Made by a program: the position numbers and the translations under genes | Shown: piece by piece, positions 58,061 through 64,000 of the stretch | Numbering within the stretch: the stretch's first letter is position 1 | Layout of the letters: every line of letters begins with the position of its first letter | Assembly (NCBI GenBank): GCA_965222855.1 | Contig: CBDCUL010000007.1 | Coordinates: forward strand, 5,343 to 69,342 | Length of the DNA stretch: 64,000 nucleotides | From: Mycoplasmatales bacterium | GTDB lineage: Bacteria; Bacillota_I; Bacilli_A; Mycoplasmatales; JABABV01 | Reading direction: 5' to 3' | The notes under the pieces: model-generated | Told to the model about the DNA's origin: nothing | The model's database searches: none | What the model saw: only the letters and a program-made list of their open reading frames with translations

Positions 58061-58185
58061 TAGTAATCGTTTCCTTTCGTTATTCAATTTTGTTATTTTG
58101 TTTAATATCTGTATAGTGTGTGTCTAATACGGATTTGCTTGCTTATACGGACTTGTTTTGTTTTAACAACGTATTGTTATTAAAA

Positions 58186-58893
58186 CTATCAAGATATGCG
58201 GTAATGTGCCTGATTAGCTATGCTGTAAGTAACACGAATGGCATAATTGTGTTCTTTGTTATCAATTGTCAATAATAGAGTAACAACTTTCGAATATCCA
58301 ATAATTGTATGGCTATCTTTAGCTAAAATAATTTTTGAATCTCGGTGTTCTCTAAAAACTGGATTAATAATTATCGTTTTACCATAATATGCTTTCTGGC
58401 TAATAAAAAACTTATTGACAAATAATTTAACGGGTGCTTGTAAATTAGCATTAGTAAATAAATTGTTTGTTGTTGTAAGTTTTTTAATTGGTGGTTGAAT
58501 TGTTAAGTTTAAGATATCATAAACTTTAGTGTCATTATGATATATTGAACTTGCATTGAATGATCGTGGAATACTGTTAACTTTAACAATTCCCGATAAA
58601 TCAGCACTAGCGATTTGTTCAGCATTTGGCAAGATTGAATGATCAACTATATTAGTAATGTTAATTTTAGTTGATAATGTTCATGATTGATTTTTCTTAA
58701 TTTGTTTCGGAATCGAATGAGCTACTGGTTCAAATAAATTTTTACTTGTAAAAATTCCATTAGTTGGTTGTGGAGTGTTATCATGTTTATCGACATTCTT
58801 ACTACAGCTGGCGATTGTTGTGGCAACAACTGTTGTTGCTGCAAGTGCTGAAAAACTCGTTAATAAAATTTTTATTTTTTTAGATTTATTCAT
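58186..58893 (-). CDS. modular lipoprotein, 235 aa
   Basis: Track ORFs 58189.. and 58681.. are in frame. Lipobox IASCS. TAG 58186..58188 follows a read-through TGA. Confidence 0.6.
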
Positions 58894-59587
58894 CATAGTA
58901 TCAAATCCTTTTCTTTATTTTTAAGATTATCATTCTTGATCAAATGTCTTATTAATATATAAAGGGATTATTTATTTTGATTTTTAAATTTTAAAAGTTT
59001 GGAGACTTTATTTAATTAAATATATATTCGCTATTCTAAAATTATGTCTTAGTTGTTCTATCGTTTAAAACAATAATTTTGTATTAACGAAATAATATTA
59101 TACCATATATTATTGTATATACAAAATGCGATAATATGAATCAATATTAAGTCGTTAAAAACCAGTTTATTAAAAGCACTATTATCGAAATACAGTTTTA
59201 TTTAGTTTATTTAACTTTATAATGTTTAGTAGTGTTATTGGCTTGTTTAGATTTAATAAGGTATTGTTATTAAATCACTCAACATAAGCGCTAATCTACC
59301 TAATTCATTATGCTATGCGCAATATTAGAACTGGATCGGCTAGTTTTTAATTAATTGTTAATCGTATAATTGCGCTTTTTTTGATTACTCATAGTTTTTT
59401 AAAGAATCAATCATATTTGCTATCAACTATATGGATGAACTATATTAATTAAATAAGGAAGTATATTATAACATATATAATTGTATATACAAAATACGTA
59501 TGACAATTATAAATATTACAGCATAAAAAACAACATATTTTAACTTAAAATATGTTGTTTTTAAAGGTTATTTAGTTGATTAGTTGA

Positions 59588-60916
59588 TTAGTTAATTATT
59601 GGGTGAAAATCAACTTTTAAATTCCGAATTGCATAAAAATTACCCGCTTCACTATATTTTATATTAGCACTAAACGAATAGTAACTAGTTTTTGTTAGTT
59701 GATTTTGTGTTAGATAATCCGGCATACTAAAACTGCCTTCTATATTAGCATTCGCTGTGTGGTCTTTGATGTTGAGGGCGATTGATTTTCAATCAATCTT
59801 AAACTCAACATCAGCAATTATGTCTGTTGTTGGATCATAAGAGTTTCTTGTTAAACTTTTTCAAACAAAGATTGTTAAATTACTCTTACTATAGAAATTT
59901 GTTACTTGCGGATCTCACAGTGTTAAATTAGTAATTCGATATTGATAAGTTGATCAATTATATTCTACTAATGTTTGAAATACAGTTGGTGCTACACCAC
60001 TACCTTCTATAAAACTCCCAATAATTCCATTTCTAATAATATGTTGTTTCATAAAAATTACTGCATTGTCTGGATCAGGAGTTAAGATTTTAATATCAAA
60101 TGCTGTCTTTGATTCTTGATCAGCAAGCGCTGTCGCTAGTGCTTGTTTAATAATTGGATTATTAAACAAGTGCTTAATTTGAAAATGTCCCGCAATTTCA
60201 ATATCACTAAATAAAAAGACTGTTTTAGTAGCAGTATACTTTAATGTTAATTGGGCAACTATTATTTTCTGATTGATGACCAGATTAACTTGGGCATTAT
60301 GTAATGTTACTACTTTATGCTGAGCATCAATAATAATTTGTTGATTATCTAGTTGTTTGACGAATCCTGAATATAAGCTCACTTGACTATTAGGTCAACG
60401 ATTCTTTACCGCTACTCTCATTTCTGGAAAAAGTAATGGATTAGCAAAAGTAAATAAATGATCATAGTTATTTACTTGTCAACTATAAAAGTTATTTTCA
60501 TGATAACTTTTAGAAATTTCATTATATGCAACCTTTGTATTGAAAAAATAACTGTTAGTAATTGTTTTAGTGTCCTTAGTAATGATTGTAGCAACGATGG
60601 CACTAATTGTTGCAGATGCGATTGTTTGGTCATAATTAACACTAATCATTGCTTCCTGGACTGGGTAAATTCTGACAATTGTATAATGATTAGTGATTGC
60701 TTTAAAAGTAGCAGTTGTATCTGCTGCTGCTTGGATTGCTGGTGTTAAGTTATCAGCGCTGAAAAAAACTAGGGCACTTTTTTGGGTCAAATCACCTTTT
60801 GGTGGTTTGACTACTGGAGTACTAACACCACAACTGCTAACGTTAGCTATTACTAGACTAGTTAGAGATATCGCTCCAAAACTAGTTGCGATTAATTTGA
60901 GTTTATTGAATTTCAT
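59588..60916 (-). CDS. lipoprotein, 442 aa
   Basis: Track ORFs 59954.. and 60479.. are in frame. MKFNKLKLIATSF...NVSSCG lipobox. TAA 59588..59590. Confidence 0.6.
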
Positions 60917-61232
60917 AATTATTAAAACCACTTCCTTAATGTCGTTATAAAAAAATATTAGTTTTTAAATTGGTTATAAAATAAAAAAACATATCAATTT
61001 ATGTTGATATGTTTTTTTACTTTTTAATTTACAATATTTTAATAGCAATATTTATTAAAGTTGTTGTTTTTAAGATTAATTATTTTTCAATGTTAATAAG
61101 TGTTTTTAGTTTATTTATTCCTAATACAATCGTTATTATAACACGATTGTATTCGGAAATAACATAAATTATTAGATTTTTTTATGAACCTGATATAATA
61201 AGTCACCAAAATTAAAAATGAGCATAAAAAAA

Positions 61233-61309
61233 TGGCACCCTCGGAGGGATTTGAACCCCCGACCACATGCTTAGAAGGCACGTGCTCTATCCAACTGAGC
61301 TACGAGGGC
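61233..61309 (-). tRNA. tRNA-Arg (anticodon UCU), CCA encoded
   Basis: The reverse complement GCCCTCGTAGCTCAGTTGGATAGAGCACGTGCCTTCTAAGCATGTGGTCGGGGGTTCAAATCCCTCCGAGGGTGCCA folds as a cloverleaf: 7-bp acceptor, D arm GCTC/GAGC, anticodon loop CTTCTAA, T arm GGGGG/CCCTC. Confidence 0.85.
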
Positions 61310-61327
61310 ATTTAAGCCACAGAGAGA

Positions 61328-61355
61328 ATTATACAATAAATTGTAATATTTTCAA
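61328..61355 (-). promoter_or_regulatory. promoter of tRNA-Arg (TTGAAA-16 nt-TGTATAAT)
   Basis: On the minus strand, -35 TTGAAA (61350..61355) and an extended -10 TGTATAAT (-10 hexamer at 61328..61333), about 19 nt upstream of the mature 5' end. Confidence 0.55.
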
Positions 61356-61479
61356 AGGATAAATTACTTAATATAGCGTAATTTAGACAATCTTTAGTTA
61401 AAAAATAGCAAAGTTAAACTCACTAATTAGCAATTAGTGAGTTTTAACAATTAATAATTCTTCTAATTTAATTTAATTA

Positions 61480-62214
61480 TTACGTATTTTTTACGTTTCA
61501 AGTCTTAATATCATATTTGGTTTGTAATGTTTGACTATAAAAGATGTTCAATTGGAAGTATTCGATTTTCCCATTGCCACCTTGGGCAGAATTATGTTGT
61601 TGTAAACCAACTTTTACTTTTAGTGACCCGCCACCAGTTGTTGAATTTGAAAATGAATAATCTTTAATCTCATTTACTATAGTAGTCCCGCTTTTATCTT
61701 GAACATATTTACTAGGATTAAATTTTGCATTGGATCATTGAGCTTCAATGATCCCAAAAACTCCACCACGATCTGAATTAGTAATAGTTAACTCGTTTGA
61801 TGCCGAAGCTATAAATGGTCCAAATGCTCAAAATGATGGATTATCAGCACTACCTTTTCACTCATCAACATCATACTTTTCCGCACTATCAAAAGTATTT
61901 GTTAAACTAATTTTTTGACTACGATCAACATCACCAAAAATTCTTGTAATCGAAGTATTTTTGGTAATTACTGGCGTTAGTACTTCATAAATATTATCTT
62001 TAACTAAATCTCATGTTACTGGAATTTGGTTTTTAATAATATTTAATGGTTTTTCAGCTAATGCTTTCTGTGAAAAATCAGCTCAAGTATAAACTACTGG
62101 TGATGGTTTCTTGTGTTTGTTAGTCCCGCAACTAACAATTCCAATAGCGCTGGCACTGAGTGCGCTCAGCGCCAAAAGACTGCTAGATCAAAATTTTAAT
62201 TTCAAACATTTCAT
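61480..62214 (-). CDS. lipoprotein, 244 aa
   Basis: MKCLKLKFWSSSLLALSALSASAIGIVSCG lipobox. The frame is open with 7 TGA-Trp codons from ATG 62214 to TAA 61480..61482. Not in the track because TGA codons fragment it. Confidence 0.55.
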
Positions 62215-62330
62215 TTTTTTCGCTACCTAACATAAAATAATATTAAGTTTATTATATTAGTAAAAATTGTTTCTTTATCTTAATTTAATTTTAACATATC
62301 CTCTAAATTCTAAATAATCAAAAATTATTG

Positions 62331-62810
62331 CTAAATTTTATAAAGATCATATTTTAACGTTGTATTATCAACGATCTGCAAAATCGCATAAGTTGCGCCA
62401 TCGTCGGAACGAGGATAGGCGCAACTACCAGGATTAATTAAGTAGACATTATTGTATTCTTCGAATTGGGGGATGTGCGTATGGCCACAAAAAATAATTT
62501 GGACTTTTTCTTTTTGAGCTCATTTAATCATTTTGGCACCCCGATTATAATAGCCAAATTGATCACTATGACAAGCAATTGCTGCTCAATCATTATCAAT
62601 ATTAAATTTGATAATTGCTGGTAGTGAACTATTTCAATCGTTATTACCAGGTACAGCAATATCAAATTGCTTAACATAATAAGCTTCATCGCTCACAAAA
62701 TCACCTAAAAAGATACTAAAATCATATTTACCAGCAGCTGATTTAAAGATTTTTTTCACAATGTCAGTCCGACCATGAGAATCGGATATTAATAAAATAC
62801 GTTTAATCAT
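62331..62810 (-). CDS. metallophosphoesterase, YfcE/MJ0936-like, 159 aa
   Basis: Motifs LISDSHG, GDFV, GNND(W) and CGHTH. Track ORF 62634..62822 is read through TGA to TAG 62331..62333. Confidence 0.7.
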
Positions 62811-62854
62811 AAAATTAATCACTTTTCTTTCGTTTAATAGTTATGTAGATATTT

Positions 62855-64000
62855 TTATAAATCGCTTTTAATTTTTAAAGCGATTTTTAAAGCAACTACT
62901 TTTGACAAGTCTTCAACTGAAGCTGCTTTAATAGCATAGAGTGTTTTAAATTTTGCTAACAATTTATTTTTGCTAACAGTTCCAATTCCACTAATTTTAT
63001 CTAATGGTGAATTTTTCAAAAGTGCAATATTTCTTTGCTGATGCATTTTGCGTTTCGCAAAAGCATCACCTTCGTTTTGTAATTGCGATAGAAAGCTATA
63101 TAACGGTTCTTTAAGGTAGTTTTCAACTTCATTAATGATAATACCGCGCGTCTGATGACGCGCGTCTTTAACTAAGCTAACTAATAAAACTTTGGCGCCC
63201 AAATTAAATTGTGCTAAGACAGTAGCAGCGACTCGATATTGAGCTAATCCACCATCAATAATTAATAAATCAGGTAAATTGATTTTATTAATTATTCGTG
63301 AATACAGAAAACGATAAATTACTTCATTAAAAGTTTTACAATCATCCCCAGCACTAGACCCAATTTTATAATAGCGATATTTAGCTTTTAAATATTGGAA
63401 GTCTTTATTAATAATGACAGCTCCAATATTATGCGCACCACTATAATGAGAATTATCAAAGAAGGCAATTTCTGAAATATGGTCGGTTTTTAAAAGTTCT
63501 AGTAATTGACTTTTAATATGTAAGTTAACTTCATTTTTTACTTTGAATTGGCCAACATTATTTTGATAATAATTTTGGCCATTCAAATTTAGGGAATCAA
63601 TAATTTCTTTTTTTAAACCTTTTTGAGGAACAATGATTTTTTTAGCTAATCAATATTTTTCCAAAACTGTTTTAATAACACTTTGCCCAACGATAATTTC
63701 ACTTGGCATAATGTTGTTATTATAGAAGTAATTAATAAATTCAACAATACTATCAATTAATGAAATTTTAATTAAGAGCATGAAATTACGATGTAATCGT
63801 AATTTCCCAGCTTGATATTGAAAAGTCATAATATTTAAGATGTTGTCTTTTAAATAATAACTGATCGCATCACGATCTTTTAAGTCATTAAATATGACCA
63901 CACTATGACTAACAAAATCCTCAATTGTTACTAATAAGTTTTTATAATCTTGCGCTGTATCATAATCAAGCTGCGCGGCAGCTTGATTCATTAAAGTGCT
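62855..64000 (-). CDS. uvrC: excinuclease ABC subunit C, C-terminal ~380 aa (N-terminus beyond window end)
   Basis: Track ORFs 62855..63586 and 63650..63991 are in frame through TGA. UVR domain (AAQLDYDTAQDYKN), RNase H-like endonuclease region (IAFFDNSH, IIDGG) and C-terminal HhH (ISGIGTVSKNKLLAKF). Confidence 0.8.

Noticed and set aside
61128-61165. A 10-bp inverted repeat (aatacaatcg...cgattgtatt) downstream of tRNA-Arg, considered as its terminator.
   Set aside because: No U-run follows on the minus strand and it lies ~70 nt from the tRNA 3' end. I cannot support a function.

Overview
From about nt 2910 to the end, the window reads as a Mollicutes chromosome segment translated with genetic code 4 (TGA = Trp). 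It is very AT-rich. Nearly every conserved gene (pheT, pheS, uvrC, manA, PTS EIIABC, permeases, lipoproteins) is cut into pieces in the standard-code ORF track, and each becomes one continuous frame when TGA is read through. All coordinates below were derived by hand from track ORFs plus codon counting, so ends may be off by a few nt.

The leftmost 2.9 kb is different. It is less AT-biased, sparsely coding, and holds two inverted paralogs of a 7TM-like membrane protein. Both are written in the standard code, with Trp always TGG. This could be a chimeric join or foreign DNA.

Content from left to right:
- A compact two-gene cassette, an N-terminal-TM protein plus a 182-aa SMODS/CD-NTase-like minimal nucleotidyltransferase, next to a TPR gene. 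This is my best candidate for an undescribed CBASS/SLATT-like conflict system.
- A 2.4-kb segmental duplication carrying BNR/Asp-box beta-propeller lipoproteins.
- Five tandem paralogous Trp-rich lipoproteins.
- A MarR-MATE operon with a palindromic operator.
- Three tandem promoter-hairpin-terminator minigenes, which are candidate sRNAs.
- An intact DUF2130/RmuC-like nuclease gene facing a decayed paralog.
- manA plus a frameshifted fructose-type PTS EIIABC.
- A triplicated APC permease.
- A housekeeping block: hydrolase, pheST, ffh, deoC, ferritin, greA.
- A 21-kb, 13-gene unidirectional locus of modular surface proteins and lipoproteins. It is full of in-frame 21-nt, 33-nt, 288-nt, 303-nt and 465-nt tandem repeats and roughly 1-kb gene-conversion tracts.
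- tRNA-Arg(UCU), a lipoprotein, a metallophosphoesterase and the 3' part of uvrC.

I saw no transposase, integrase, CRISPR array, rRNA or prophage genes.
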